DNA of 64,000 nucleotides from Candidatus Methanomethylophilaceae archaeon (GTDB lineage Archaea; Thermoplasmatota; Thermoplasmata; Methanomassiliicoccales; Methanomethylophilaceae), in contig JBMNHS010000001.1 in the NCBI GenBank assembly GCA_050950505.1, forward strand, positions 320,001 to 384,000, written 5' to 3'. Position numbers and translations under genes: made by a program. Positions 10,151-20,278 of this stretch are shown here, piece by piece (position 1 is the stretch's first letter; every line of letters starts with the position of its first letter). The notes beneath the pieces were generated by a model. That model saw only the letters and a list, made by a program, of their open reading frames with translations, was not told the origin of the DNA and did no database searches.

Positions 10151-10577
10151 TTCCTGCGCTGTACGTCCGATAAGAGATTTGGAGTCTCCGGCAATCATAA
10201 AGGCGGTTCTGTTCTGAACATCGACGTCATTATCCCAAACCGGTTTCATAAAATCCTTCAAAAAACATGTAGCATATTATTGCCGGATGCCCGTTTTGCA
10301 ATGGTTTTACAGTAATTCTATCGAAAATGTATCGAATCTCAAATTTGATAAAATGGAAAAACGACTCGTTTTCAACATCGATCCTTGTTCTTCCGTATGT
10401 GTAAGGAAACCCCGAGGGGGTTTGCCGATCTTTATTGGTAATCAGAATCATTGCCAAAAGAAGATGGGAGTCTTTGAAAACGCGGGTACGTTGTTGAGAG
10501 GTTTCCTGTCATAGAGAAATTCACAGTGTTTTAGAAAGTGGTAATCTTACAGAAAACAGCCCGTTTTCGACCGTTAA

Positions 10578-11331
10578 TCAGACATTGTATCTTTTCCACC
10601 CTATGCCGTCGATGCCTCGGATGCCGCTCATTAAACGAGGATAGATATGCTTCTTGAACGCATCACTTTTTTCTTTGATACAATCCTCAAATTTTCCGTC
10701 GGCTATGTAATTTAATGCGAAATTTGCGATAACGTCACATATCTGTAATTCCGGCCATTCATGAGAAAGCCCTCCCAATATGTTCGGTATAATCATCGTG
10801 ACACAGTTTTCTCCTATTATGCGGATTCACGTATTCTTCTATGAGTTTACTGAAATCGTCCAATTCTTGTGTGTCTGAAAGATCCCAAATGATAATGTAT
10901 CGGTCATCGCCCATATGATTGGCATAACCGGATATCCTTTCCATCAAAAGTTCTCTGGCTATATCTTTCGGCAATACGCCCTTGGATGGGTTTGACGGAA
11001 TGAACATGCTAGTAGGCGTTTCCGGATTATTACAGGTTGAAGTAATCCATACTTTAAGGTTGAATTCGTCAATCGATTCAGCAATGCGTCTGGCAATGTC
11101 ATCGGCGGTCACTCCGTCCTTTAATTTATTTCCGGACACTCCCGAGCCTTTCAATTCCTTCTTTTCATACATTCTCATACAATCTCGTTTTAAGCTCTGA
11201 AATTGTATCGATAATTCATCATGTGTACTCATATCCGCACATATTCCGACGGAGACCCAGACATTGCCTTTGTTATTATGCGGAGATCCTTCTCCCGATT
11301 CATCAATAAATATAGTTTTAAACAGTGACAC
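10578..11331 (-). pseudogene. DUF3800-family protein split by a frameshift
   Basis: N-terminal FIDESG in ORF 10759-11331 and C-terminal LQICDVIA in overlapping ORF 10578-10796, in a different frame; AT-richer than flanks. Confidence 0.75.
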
Positions 11332-11416
11332 GTAATATCTGGCATATTTACATATATAAAAATACCCTAATATTTATTGGCGTATCCTTTTATACGCTTA
11401 TCTCCATGTTTATACT

Positions 11417-11457
11417 GGAGCGGAGAGGGTGGGTTTTTACCTGCTAGGCTCTGCTCC
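11417..11457 (+). other. GC-rich hairpin upstream of the DUF3800 gene (candidate small RNA)
   Basis: GGAGCGGAG (11417-25) pairs with CTCTGCTCC (11449-57), with an inner stem, in AT-rich context. Confidence 0.45.
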
Positions 11458-11680
11458 GCATTTATTATATGTTAAGTTTTTATCGGTTCGTTATAGGGAT
11501 GATAGAACCTCATAAACCTCAAATTCTGAATCTTCGTCGGAACCGATCGTTTCTTCACACTGTATGGTCAATTCTTCCTTGAAGACTGAATTACTATTTT
11601 TACTACAGATCTTCTACCGGATGTCCAAAATTTCACAGAAGGATGGGGGTTCTTTTTACAGAATGGGATATTACAGACAG

Positions 11681-11752
11681 CGGGCCCTCCGGGATTCGAA
11701 CCCGAGTCCTCGGCTTCGAAGGCCGACAGGATATCCGCTACCCCAAGGGCCC
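11681..11752 (-). tRNA. tRNA-Arg(TCG)
   Basis: Reverse complement GGGCCCT...TCGGC-CTTCGAA-GCCGA...GGTTCGAATCC...AGGGCCCG. Confidence 0.97.
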
Positions 11753-11843
11753 TGCGTCCGACGTTAAGCTGAAGGATTATTTTACTCTGCCCCCGCATCG
11801 GTGATAAGACAAGTCTTTAATTAGGCTCATTCATGTCGAAGTC

Positions 11844-12890
11844 ATGGCAAAAGTCGTAATGAATCACGGGGCGGGCGGGGAGGCCATGCAGGAATTTCTG
11901 TCAAAACACATAGTGTGTCATTTTCCCAAAACCGAGTCCGAAGTGTCCCTGGATTCCATGGACGATTCCGCCGTGATCGACGGCATCGTATTCACCATAG
12001 ACGGACACACCGTGAAACCTTTGGTTTTCCCCGGCGGGGATTTGGGAAAAATATCCGTAGCGGGAACCGTCAATGATATTTCGGTCATGGGCGCTGAACC
12101 CCTGGCCATCGGATGTTCCACCATAATCGAAGAAGGCCTTGAAATCTCGACCGTCGACGAAATCATGGCGAGCGCGGGAAGAACCAGCGAGGAATGCGGA
12201 GTGCCCATCGAGACAGGGGACACCAAGGTCGTGGAAATGGGAGCCGTGGACAAAATGTTCATGGCGACTTCCGCCGTGGGCAGAAGATCGAAATACCTCG
12301 ATAAAAACTTCGATACCGCCAAAGAATACAGAAAGGTCAAAGAAAACTGGTGCACCGATTCCAACATTGCGCCCGGCGATGCCATCATCGCATCCGGATA
12401 TTTCGGAGACCACGGAATCGCCCTGATGTCCTTCAGGGAAGGATACGGCTTTGAAAGTGAAATACAGAGTGACGTTGCACCTTTGAACAAGATGATTGAA
12501 AAAGCCCTCAAAGTCGGCGGGGTGGCGTCCATGAAGGATTCCACCCGCGGAGGTCTCGCGAACACCCTGAACGAATTGGCTTCCAAATCAAAAGTGGGAA
12601 TGGAAATCGAATACGCATCGATACCCCTGAGAGACGGAGTGATCAATGCCTGCGACCTGCTGGGTCTGGATCCTTTGAGCATAGGCAACGAAGGCAAATG
12701 CGTCATCGGCTGCGTGCCTGAAATGGCCGACGAGATTCTGAAAGCCCTCAGATCCACCCCCGAAGGGAAGGATGCGGCAATCATCGGATACGCCAATGAC
12801 GGACCGAACAGGGTCATTCTGAGGACGGAAGTGGGGGGACGGAGGATTCTTGAACCTCCGATCGGAGATCCCGTACCGAGAATCTGCTGA
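11844..12890 (+). CDS. hypE: Hydrogenase maturation carbamoyl dehydratase HypE
   Basis: HGAGG, PLVFPGGDLG, GTVND, GDTKVV, TRGG motifs; C-terminal PRIC. Confidence 0.97.
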   Translation: MAKVVMNHGAGGEAMQEFLSKHIVCHFPKTESEVSLDSMDDSAVIDGIVFTIDGHTVKPLVFPGGDLGKISVAGTVNDISVMGAEPLAIGCSTIIEEGLEISTVDEIMASAGRTSEECGVPIETGDTKVVEMGAVDKMFMATSAVGRRSKYLDKNFDTAKEYRKVKENWCTDSNIAPGDAIIASGYFGDHGIALMSFREGYGFESEIQSDVAPLNKMIEKALKVGGVASMKDSTRGGLANTLNELASKSKVGMEIEYASIPLRDGVINACDLLGLDPLSIGNEGKCVIGCVPEMADEILKALRSTPEGKDAAIIGYANDGPNRVILRTEVGGRRILEPPIGDPVPRIC

Positions 12891-12941
12891 GTACCGCGTT
12901 CATTTGAAATATACGTAACATGGTACTTTGAACGATTGGAT

Positions 12942-14123
12942 ATGGTTACTTTCTTACCTTTTCCGGGATACAGGCCTGCAATCGGCGACGGAGAGACCGT
13001 GGAGGATCGCATCAGCCCGCCTTATGACGTGATTGATGACGATTACCTTGCGGAACTTCAGAGCAAAGCCCACAACATCACAAGATTGACGCTGAACCCC
13101 GATGATGACAAAAGATACCACGGTTCCAGAAAAGAACTCGACCGGTGGATTGCCGAGGGTGCCCTGAAACAGGACGGCCCCTCGTTCTACGTGTACGAAC
13201 AGACTTTCGAAGACCACGGGGAGAAAATGACCCGGATGGGCATTGTGGGACTCCTTAAGACCGAACCTTACGAAAAAGGGGGCATAATACCCCACGAAGA
13301 GACATTTTCCAAAGTCAAAGCCGACAGACTGAATCTGCTCAGGGACATGGAGGCTCATCTTGAATCCATTTTCGGAATCCACGATTCTTTGAGCAACTCC
13401 CTGCACAGAAAAATCAGGGATCACTGCAGACTTGTTTGCAGATATGTGGACAACGAAGGGGTGGAACACAGATATTCCATACTTGAAAACGAAAAAATCT
13501 GCAATGAGATTACAAGCGAACTTCGGGATCAGAAAGTTTTGATCGCCGACGGACACCACAGATACGAAACGGCACTGGCATATTCCCAGGAGAACCCGAA
13601 ATCCGAGAAGAAGGGATACGTTCTCGCGACTCTTGTGGCCGGGGACGATCCGGGTTTGGTCATTTGGCCCACCCATCGTTTGGTCAAGACCGAGGAAATC
13701 TCCGAGAAGAACGCAATCAAGAAGATTGTGGATTCCATGGAAACAAAGGAAGTTTCCGAAGAAGAGATGCTTGCTGAATTGGGCGATTGGATGATGGGAT
13801 TGAGATTTCGCTCGGGAAAATGTTATCTGGCACGTTTCGGCGGTGACGGAATGTACACTCTCGACACGTATGTCGCTCAGGAAAAGATTCTGAAATACGT
13901 CTACAAGTGGGACGAGGACAAATGCGTCGTGGATTACGACGCGGAAATACCGTCGACCCTGAAGAAAATGGAAGACGGACTTTACGATCTGGCAATTCTT
14001 CTGAACCGACCCGATTTGGGAGAAGTTTGGAGCCTTTCGATAAAAGGCAAGCGTATGCCGAAGAAGACCACTTTCTTCTTCCCGAAGATCTGGTCCGGAT
14101 TCGTCATTTACAGAATGGTCTGA
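12942..14123 (+). CDS. DUF1015 family protein
   Basis: SPPYDVI, IIPHEET, LIADGHHRYETA, MPKKTTFFFPK motifs. Confidence 0.92.
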   Translation: MVTFLPFPGYRPAIGDGETVEDRISPPYDVIDDDYLAELQSKAHNITRLTLNPDDDKRYHGSRKELDRWIAEGALKQDGPSFYVYEQTFEDHGEKMTRMGIVGLLKTEPYEKGGIIPHEETFSKVKADRLNLLRDMEAHLESIFGIHDSLSNSLHRKIRDHCRLVCRYVDNEGVEHRYSILENEKICNEITSELRDQKVLIADGHHRYETALAYSQENPKSEKKGYVLATLVAGDDPGLVIWPTHRLVKTEEISEKNAIKKIVDSMETKEVSEEEMLAELGDWMMGLRFRSGKCYLARFGGDGMYTLDTYVAQEKILKYVYKWDEDKCVVDYDAEIPSTLKKMEDGLYDLAILLNRPDLGEVWSLSIKGKRMPKKTTFFFPKIWSGFVIYRMV

Positions 14124-14400
14124 AACCCGTTATTGCATAATTCCGGCGGGCATATTGCCCGTCGGACCGAATATTCGGACGGACGTGAATTTAAACCGTG
14201 CAGTAATGCCGGGAATCATCGGAACATACTTTGAAAAATCACACGTTCGGTTAAAATTGTTGAAATGCGTTGTGTAAAATCGGCACAAACGGAACCGAAA
14301 TCAAAGTTTTTTAACCGATTTTTGTGCAACGACATTGAATTTTTGCCTTAGAACGATGAAACGGTAGGATACCGTAACGTATTTCCTGAAAGAAGTGCCA

Positions 14401-14475
14401 TGGAGCCGCTGGAGGGAATTGAACCCTCGACCTGCGCATTACCAATGCGCCGCTATACCCCTTAGCCACAGCGGC
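14401..14475 (-). tRNA. tRNA-Thr(GGT), CCA encoded
   Basis: Reverse complement GCCGCTG...GCGCA-TTGGTAA-TGCGC...CAGCGGCTCCA. Confidence 0.97.
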
Positions 14476-14579
14476 CTGTAAAATGGCTTATTCGGTTGTT
14501 ATTGATAAAGGTTTCTGGTATCGAAACTGACACAGACAACCGACTAAACTAAATCATACGTCCATAATCCTTACCGTAC

Positions 14580-16523
14580 ATGAAGAAAGAAATGAGTTCC
14601 CTCGATGTCAGATCCGTCGTTTCCGAGATGGCTGATTTGGAAAATGCCCATATGGACAAAATATTCCATTGGGGCGCGGGGAACGTTCTTTTCCGGATTA
14701 CCGTGCCCGGCGGCAAGAAAGAATTGTTTTTCAGAGACAAAAAATGGCTTTACATCTCGCCGACAAAACCGGATACGCCCGTGATGCCCACCTCCTTCGC
14801 TTCATTCCTGCGCAAACGTTTGGACAATGCCAGGATCGGCAAAGTCTATCAGGCCGGCTTCGACCGTGTGGTAATCATGGAACTGAAGAAGGCCGATATC
14901 GATTATCAGATTGTTTTCGAAATCTTCGGCGGAGGAAACGTTCTTTTGGTTTCCGAAGGTAAGATAGTGAACTGTCTTATCCACAAAACGTACAGAGACC
15001 GCGCGACAAGACCGGGTGAAGACTATATCATGCCGAAACCCAGGTTCGACCCGGGAACTTCGTCGTACGAGGACTTCGTTTCGTTGTTCCGTTCGTCGGA
15101 ATCGGACACCGTACGGACTTTGGCGACCTCCGTGAATCTCGGAGGTCAGTATGCCGAGGAAGTTTGCGTCCGGGGGGGCATGGACAAAAATGCGCCGGCC
15201 GGATCCGTTTCCGAAGACGGTTTGAAAACAATGTTCGAAAAAATAGGGGAACTGGTGTCCGCCGCGGAAACCTCCCCTGAACCCACTCTGTACAAAACAG
15301 ACGGGAAAATCGTTGATCTGGCTCCCGTGAAACTCATGTCCTGCGAAGGTGCCGAAACCGAGACTTTCGATTCTCTTTCGATGGCCATTGACGCCATGGT
15401 GAAAGAAGACGAAACCGACGCCATCGAAGAGTACGTGGATCCTTCAATCGTGAAACTCCGGCGCAGAATCGAGAGACAGCGGGAAACCGTTGAAGAATAT
15501 TCCGGGGACTCGGAAGAATTCCGCCTTCAGGCCGATGCGCTGTACACGGAGTATTCCAAAGTCGAAACTCTGCTCAAAGTCCTTAAAGAACAGTCCGAAA
15601 AACTGACCTGGGATAAACTGAAAGAAGGTGCCATGAAAATCCCTTATGTGAAATCCATTGATCCTTCCAAAAATGCGGTCACGGCGGAAGTCGGCGGATA
15701 CAATACCGTTCTGGATTACACCAAAGGCATAGACACCAACGCTTCTTTGATTTATCAAAAAGGAAAAGATATCGGCGAAAGGGGAAAACGTGCCGAAGAG
15801 GCTTTGGAAACAAGTCTTCGGGAACTTGAAAAACTGGAGAAAGGGTTCGAAAAGAAAAAACAGTTGGAACTTACCCGCGCCCAGCCCACCAAACAGTTCT
15901 GGTTTGAACGGTACAAATGGTTTGTCACGGAGTCCGGAAAACTTGTCATCGGCGGAAAGAACGCCCACACCAACGACAACGTGGTGAAGAAACACATGAA
16001 GGAAGCCGATGTTTACGTCCACGCCGACGTTCACGGAGCGCCTTCGGTCATAATCAAGGACGGCAACGTAGCGACTCCCGAAGAGCTCAGACAGGTCTGT
16101 ATTTTCGCTTACTGCCATTCCAAGGCATGGGTTTCCGCAATGTCCAACGGAAGCGCCTACTGGGTATACCCGGATCAGGTCAGCAAAACCCCCAATCCCG
16201 GTGAATTCGTGCCCCGCGGTGCGTTTATCATCCGCGGGAAAAGAAATTATGAATATCACATCGAATCGGAGATGGGCGTGGGCGAAACTGAATATCAGGA
16301 CGAACGGAAGATTATGTGCGGACCCGTCGAACTGATTGAGAAAATATGTGAAAAATATTTCATCATACGTCCGGGAAGGGGCAAGAACAAGAGAACCCCC
16401 AACGAAATCGCCAAAGCTTTCGATGTTCCCGAAGAGGAAATTTCAAGAATCATACCTCCCGGAGACTCCGACATCGTCAAAACGGTCTGGCCGAAAGACG
16501 ATGAGGAAATTTCCGAAGAGTAA
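14580..16523 (+). CDS. rqcH: Ribosome quality control protein, NEMF/Rqc2/RqcH family
   Basis: MSSLDV, FDRVV, EIFGGGNV, WFERYKWF, HADVHGAP, QVSKTP..GE...GAFIIRGKRNY motifs. Confidence 0.93.
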   Translation: MKKEMSSLDVRSVVSEMADLENAHMDKIFHWGAGNVLFRITVPGGKKELFFRDKKWLYISPTKPDTPVMPTSFASFLRKRLDNARIGKVYQAGFDRVVIMELKKADIDYQIVFEIFGGGNVLLVSEGKIVNCLIHKTYRDRATRPGEDYIMPKPRFDPGTSSYEDFVSLFRSSESDTVRTLATSVNLGGQYAEEVCVRGGMDKNAPAGSVSEDGLKTMFEKIGELVSAAETSPEPTLYKTDGKIVDLAPVKLMSCEGAETETFDSLSMAIDAMVKEDETDAIEEYVDPSIVKLRRRIERQRETVEEYSGDSEEFRLQADALYTEYSKVETLLKVLKEQSEKLTWDKLKEGAMKIPYVKSIDPSKNAVTAEVGGYNTVLDYTKGIDTNASLIYQKGKDIGERGKRAEEALETSLRELEKLEKGFEKKKQLELTRAQPTKQFWFERYKWFVTESGKLVIGGKNAHTNDNVVKKHMKEADVYVHADVHGAPSVIIKDGNVATPEELRQVCIFAYCHSKAWVSAMSNGSAYWVYPDQVSKTPNPGEFVPRGAFIIRGKRNYEYHIESEMGVGETEYQDERKIMCGPVELIEKICEKYFIIRPGRGKNKRTPNEIAKAFDVPEEEISRIIPPGDSDIVKTVWPKDDEEISEE

Positions 16524-16532
16524 TTGAAAAAG

Positions 16533-16606
16533 CGCTCGCGCCGGAATTCGAATCCGAGTCAAGAGATCCGCAATCTCTCAGGATATCCAGGCTACCCTAC
16601 GCGAGC
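16533..16606 (-). tRNA. tRNA-Arg(GCG)
   Basis: Reverse complement GCTCGCG...AGAGA-TTGCGGA-TCTCT...CGCGAGCG. Confidence 0.96.
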
Positions 16607-16639
16607 AAAAATGGCGGAAAGTCTTACGACTAAAGAGTT

Positions 16640-16831
16640 TCAAATCTCAGGATGAGACATGTAACGTACAATGTATCCCGCGATTTTGTTCCTCATTGAA
16701 ATTGAGGTTACGTCCGTAAGAGCGCTGACCATCTCTTTGTTGTTCTCAAAATCCGTGTTAAAGACCTGAGGATACTTTTCCAAGAGTTCGATAGACACTC
16801 TCTTGATATATGTGGGTCTGATTCTTCCCAT
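16640..16831 (-). CDS. rps17e: 30S ribosomal protein S17e
   Basis: MGRIRPTYIKR, FNTDFENNK, RNKIAGYI. Confidence 0.97.
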   Translation of the reverse strand: MGRIRPTYIKRVSIELLEKYPQVFNTDFENNKEMVSALTDVTSISMRNKIAGYIVRYMSHPEI

Positions 16832-16869
16832 ATCTTCACCGAGTGACTCCGATTAAGTGGATTCTGTAT

Positions 16870-17532
16870 TTAATGCTTTTTAACTCTTTTCGGACGCCCG
16901 CAGGACTTTTCCCCTTCGGGGCACGGTCCTGTCACGCAGGGGGCGCCGGCATCCCTGAAAATCGTCGGGGATACCTCTTTGCACAGACGGAGCATCTCTT
17001 CCGCCATTTCCCGGATTTCCCACTGGGCCCTCTCACAGCACCTCAGCGCAAAAAAGTGGAGGAGTTCCCTGGCATTCATCGTTATGGTTATGTTCGTTAC
17101 GCATCCGTTGGGCAATACGTACCTTGCGTCTTCCACCGGAACCTTTTCGCTTAGTTGCGAATAAATGTTCCAGATGTCTTCCATGGCTTTTTTGTAGATT
17201 TCGGAAGTTTCCGGGTTTTCCGCAATGGTCGGAGGCGTGACGTAATCGGGATCGTTCAGCGGAACATACCTTTGGGATTGTTGGGAAAATGACGCTATCC
17301 TGTGTCTCACCAACTGATGGGTCAGGGATCTCGACACTCCGGACACGGAAAATGTGAACACCGCATGTTCTATGACGGAATAATGTCCCATTCCCACTAT
17401 AGAACCCAATGTTTTTTCGGGATTCCCGGTTCCGATTATTTCATCCGCGGGTTTTTCCGAATAGCAGGATCTTCCGGCGGCCGCGCATATTTCGTCGGCA
17501 TCCTTTGTGTAAGACAGCAGCACTACTTTCAT
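16870..17532 (-). CDS. thyX: FAD-dependent thymidylate synthase
   Basis: GHYSVIEH, RHRIASFSQQSQRY (ThyX motif), EDARYVLP, AQWEIR. Confidence 0.97.
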   Translation of the reverse strand: MKVVLLSYTKDADEICAAAGRSCYSEKPADEIIGTGNPEKTLGSIVGMGHYSVIEHAVFTFSVSGVSRSLTHQLVRHRIASFSQQSQRYVPLNDPDYVTPPTIAENPETSEIYKKAMEDIWNIYSQLSEKVPVEDARYVLPNGCVTNITITMNARELLHFFALRCCERAQWEIREMAEEMLRLCKEVSPTIFRDAGAPCVTGPCPEGEKSCGRPKRVKKH

Positions 17533-17533
17533 T

Positions 17534-18247
17534 TCACTCAAACCTGTCATACCATATGTCCGCCAGTATTTCCGTGATTTTTTCCTCATCCCGGATTTCG
17601 GCAAGACGGATGGTTCTTATTTCCATGTCCTCGGGAAGGAGTTCAATCAATCCGCGGACATGAGCATCGCCCACCACGGCGATCATCTTTTCATGTCTTT
17701 CGGAAGCTTTGATGATTTCCTTTGCCATGTTCTCGTTCCGTTCGTCGTGAAGAATCCGCATCATTGTCGGATATCGTTTCCTCAGGGACTCCATCTGTTC
17801 CTTTTCGTAAAGAGCGAAATCCTCATGGGCTTTTTCCGTATTTTTCTTTGATGTGAAACTGTTTCTGATTCCCGAGAACTTCCAGCGGAGTTTTTCTCCG
17901 AAGGACATCTCGTTCCACATTCTGACGAGGAATTCCACCGCGTCCCCGTCCATCAGTATCACTTCGGCACCGGATGTCTCGGCGGTTTTGCAGGCCTCCA
18001 GCAGTTCGAACCCTGTGTGGGCGCCGAATTGGGCCGAAGTTCTGTCCTGATTTTTGCCGATTCTTTTCACCATGCGGGGGATTTTGATCGGCTTGGCATC
18101 TTTCGGATGTTCGTATGTGCCGTCCATGGCCTGATACCTTTTCTCATCCAATTCCACCAACACGGCGTCGGGCCAAAGATGCTTGATTATGAAGCGTATG
18201 GGCTCTTCTATCTTGAATACGTGCCCGGTACCTATTATCAGAAGCAT
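17534..18247 (-). CDS. TraB/GumN family protein
   Basis: IGTGHV, VELDEKR, DERNENMA, VVGDAHVRG motifs. Confidence 0.88.
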   Translation of the reverse strand: MLLIIGTGHVFKIEEPIRFIIKHLWPDAVLVELDEKRYQAMDGTYEHPKDAKPIKIPRMVKRIGKNQDRTSAQFGAHTGFELLEACKTAETSGAEVILMDGDAVEFLVRMWNEMSFGEKLRWKFSGIRNSFTSKKNTEKAHEDFALYEKEQMESLRKRYPTMMRILHDERNENMAKEIIKASERHEKMIAVVGDAHVRGLIELLPEDMEIRTIRLAEIRDEEKITEILADIWYDRFE

Positions 18248-18321
18248 CGAATCTCCATACACCCGGATGTTAAATAAATTGTTTTTCAGAAATCTCCGAA
18301 ATCGGAGATACTGTTTTAATC

Positions 18322-18987
18322 GTGTCCTCTCATAAAACCGACGTGAGATACGAACTTGTCTGTTTTGACATGGACGGAACTTTGACCAAAGTGGACAGTT
18401 CCTGGGATTGGATTCACGAATACTACGGGGTGGACAACGAAGAGTCCTACGAAATGTACTGTTCGGGAATCATCGACGAAAAGGAGTTCATGCGCAGAGA
18501 CATCGGGATGTGGTTGGAGAAACATCCGGAGATTACCGCGAATGACATAGCCAAACAGTTCGCCACCCTGCCGCTGATCGACGGGATTCAGGAAACCGTT
18601 GCGGCGTTGAAATCCGAAGGAATGAGGAACGTAATAGTCAGCGGAGGCATCGATTCCGCCGCACGGATGATTGCCGATGAATTCGGATTTGATGATTTCA
18701 TCGCCGATTCCCTGGAAGTCTGCGACCGCGGCATACTGACGGGGGAGGGAATTCTTCACGTGGATCTGAGCGACAAAGGAATCAACGTGAAAAATTTTCA
18801 GAATGAATACGGGATAGGGAAAGAACGCACCGTTTCCGTGGGGAATTCGTTCACCGATATTCCCATGTTCGAAAACAGTGCGCTGTCCATAGCGTTCAAT
18901 CCCATTGACGAAAAGGTCATCGAAGCGGCGGACGCCGTCGTTGAATCGGATAACCTTTCGGACATATTGGAAATAATCTTCGAATGA
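18322..18987 (+). CDS. HAD-superfamily phosphatase (phosphoserine phosphatase-like)
   Basis: FDMDGTL, SSW, IVSGG, VGNSFTDIPMF motifs. Confidence 0.88.
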   Translation: MSSHKTDVRYELVCFDMDGTLTKVDSSWDWIHEYYGVDNEESYEMYCSGIIDEKEFMRRDIGMWLEKHPEITANDIAKQFATLPLIDGIQETVAALKSEGMRNVIVSGGIDSAARMIADEFGFDDFIADSLEVCDRGILTGEGILHVDLSDKGINVKNFQNEYGIGKERTVSVGNSFTDIPMFENSALSIAFNPIDEKVIEAADAVVESDNLSDILEIIFE

Positions 18988-18988
18988 C

Positions 18989-19621
18989 TCATTCGTCGTC
19001 GAAATCCATGACGGAGTATTGTTTCTTGCGGATCTTTCCGTAAACTCTCGTTATGTCTCCCGCTTCGGCGGAACCGCGGCGCAAGAGATTTCTTTTCGTT
19101 TTGATCGCGTGAACGAAACAGTCGAAATCGTCAAAAGGAACCGTCATCCCCACTGCGAAAATATCTTCGGGTTCCGCTTCCACAGAGGCAGAAACGGTTC
19201 TGTAATTGTCATTGACCGAGAATTTGACCCGGATCACTCCGAACTGTTTGACCCAAAGGGATTCTATGTCCGTGGCCTGGGCCCTTTTTGCGGATTTTCC
19301 GAATCCGGTTTCGATTTTTGTGACCCGGACCCGTTCTCCGCTTTCAAGATAAAAATCATCTCCCAGCTCGACTATGTCGTTGCTCATAAGCCGGGTTTCG
19401 GTAACGACGGTTTCATCATCGTCGCTGTACAGCACTTTGACTGTGATTTCTTCCGGGAGGCGTATGGTGGTCGAGGATACGGTTCCGCATTCGGTACATC
19501 TGAAGGTACCGGAGACCGAGGCCTTGCCGAACCTTCCTTTCAGTATCTCATGCTCGGTGAAGTCGTCGCATTCCCCGCATTCAAAAATTATTACGTCCGG
19601 AAGTTCTTCGTTGATTGTCAT
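18989..19621 (-). CDS. Archaeal zinc-finger protein (HVO_0476-like)
   Basis: CGEC...HEILK...CTECG, followed by duplicated beta-rich domains; ends A.DITRVYG. Confidence 0.8.
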   Translation of the reverse strand: MTINEELPDVIIFECGECDDFTEHEILKGRFGKASVSGTFRCTECGTVSSTTIRLPEEITVKVLYSDDDETVVTETRLMSNDIVELGDDFYLESGERVRVTKIETGFGKSAKRAQATDIESLWVKQFGVIRVKFSVNDNYRTVSASVEAEPEDIFAVGMTVPFDDFDCFVHAIKTKRNLLRRGSAEAGDITRVYGKIRKKQYSVMDFDDE

Positions 19622-19625
19622 GGTT

Positions 19626-20204
19626 TCATATACGGGTCGGAAACGGGAGCCCGTGTCCCGGTATTATCACGTCCGCGTATCTTCTTATCTTCTTAATACT
19701 TTCTAAGGCCAATCCTTCATCGTAGTTTGATGCCGGCGGGACCATTTTCACGAAATTGTTTTTTGTGGGTATTGCGTCTCCGGCTATCGCATATCTGAGT
19801 TCGGCATCCACAAACACGCTCATGGACCCTCTTGTATGGCCGGGGGTGTGAACCAGCAGCACATCGGGTTCCAATCTGTGCTCTTCGCCTTTCACGCGGA
19901 CGGCGCCGGGAATGTCGATTTCCTCGTCGTCGTGAATGTAAACTTCGGCTTTGGGAAACCTGCCGAGATTTTCGGTATGGTCTCTGTGGGCATGGGTGAG
20001 AATGACGGTGTCCACGTCCGCCGGGCGTATCTTCAGTTGCACAAATGACGTTCTTACCATGGGCCAAAGGTATTCGGTGCTCGGATCGACAAGAATTATC
20101 CTGTTCTTCGTGCGGACAAGGGCGGAGGTTGAATCTGCTTTGGTTACTTTTCCTTCTTCGTTTCTTTCGAGGATACCGATGGCCATGATGTCAAGCACCG
20201 TCAT
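19626..20204 (-). CDS. MBL-fold metallo-hydrolase
   Basis: THAHRDH, HTPGHT, GDA, PGHG motifs. Confidence 0.9.
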   Translation of the reverse strand: MTVLDIMAIGILERNEEGKVTKADSTSALVRTKNRIILVDPSTEYLWPMVRTSFVQLKIRPADVDTVILTHAHRDHTENLGRFPKAEVYIHDDEEIDIPGAVRVKGEEHRLEPDVLLVHTPGHTRGSMSVFVDAELRYAIAGDAIPTKNNFVKMVPPASNYDEGLALESIKKIRRYADVIIPGHGLPFPTRI

Positions 20205-20278
20205 GGTTTTGTATCCCCGACCGAGGATTATACGTTTTCCGTTTGCTTTATCATCGGTATCCGCCATGTATGGCGCAC

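Noticed and set aside
10150-10577. Short ORFs 10230-10457 and 10287-10514, and hairpin AAACCCC-GAG-GGGGTTT at 10407-10423
   Set aside because: The ORFs have no motifs or start signals. The hairpin could be a terminator or DUF3800-linked but is too short to call.
8000-11680. Integrated element at tRNA-Arg(TCG)
   Set aside because: No integrase and no duplicated tRNA 3' end (att site) was visible, so it is treated only as an islet
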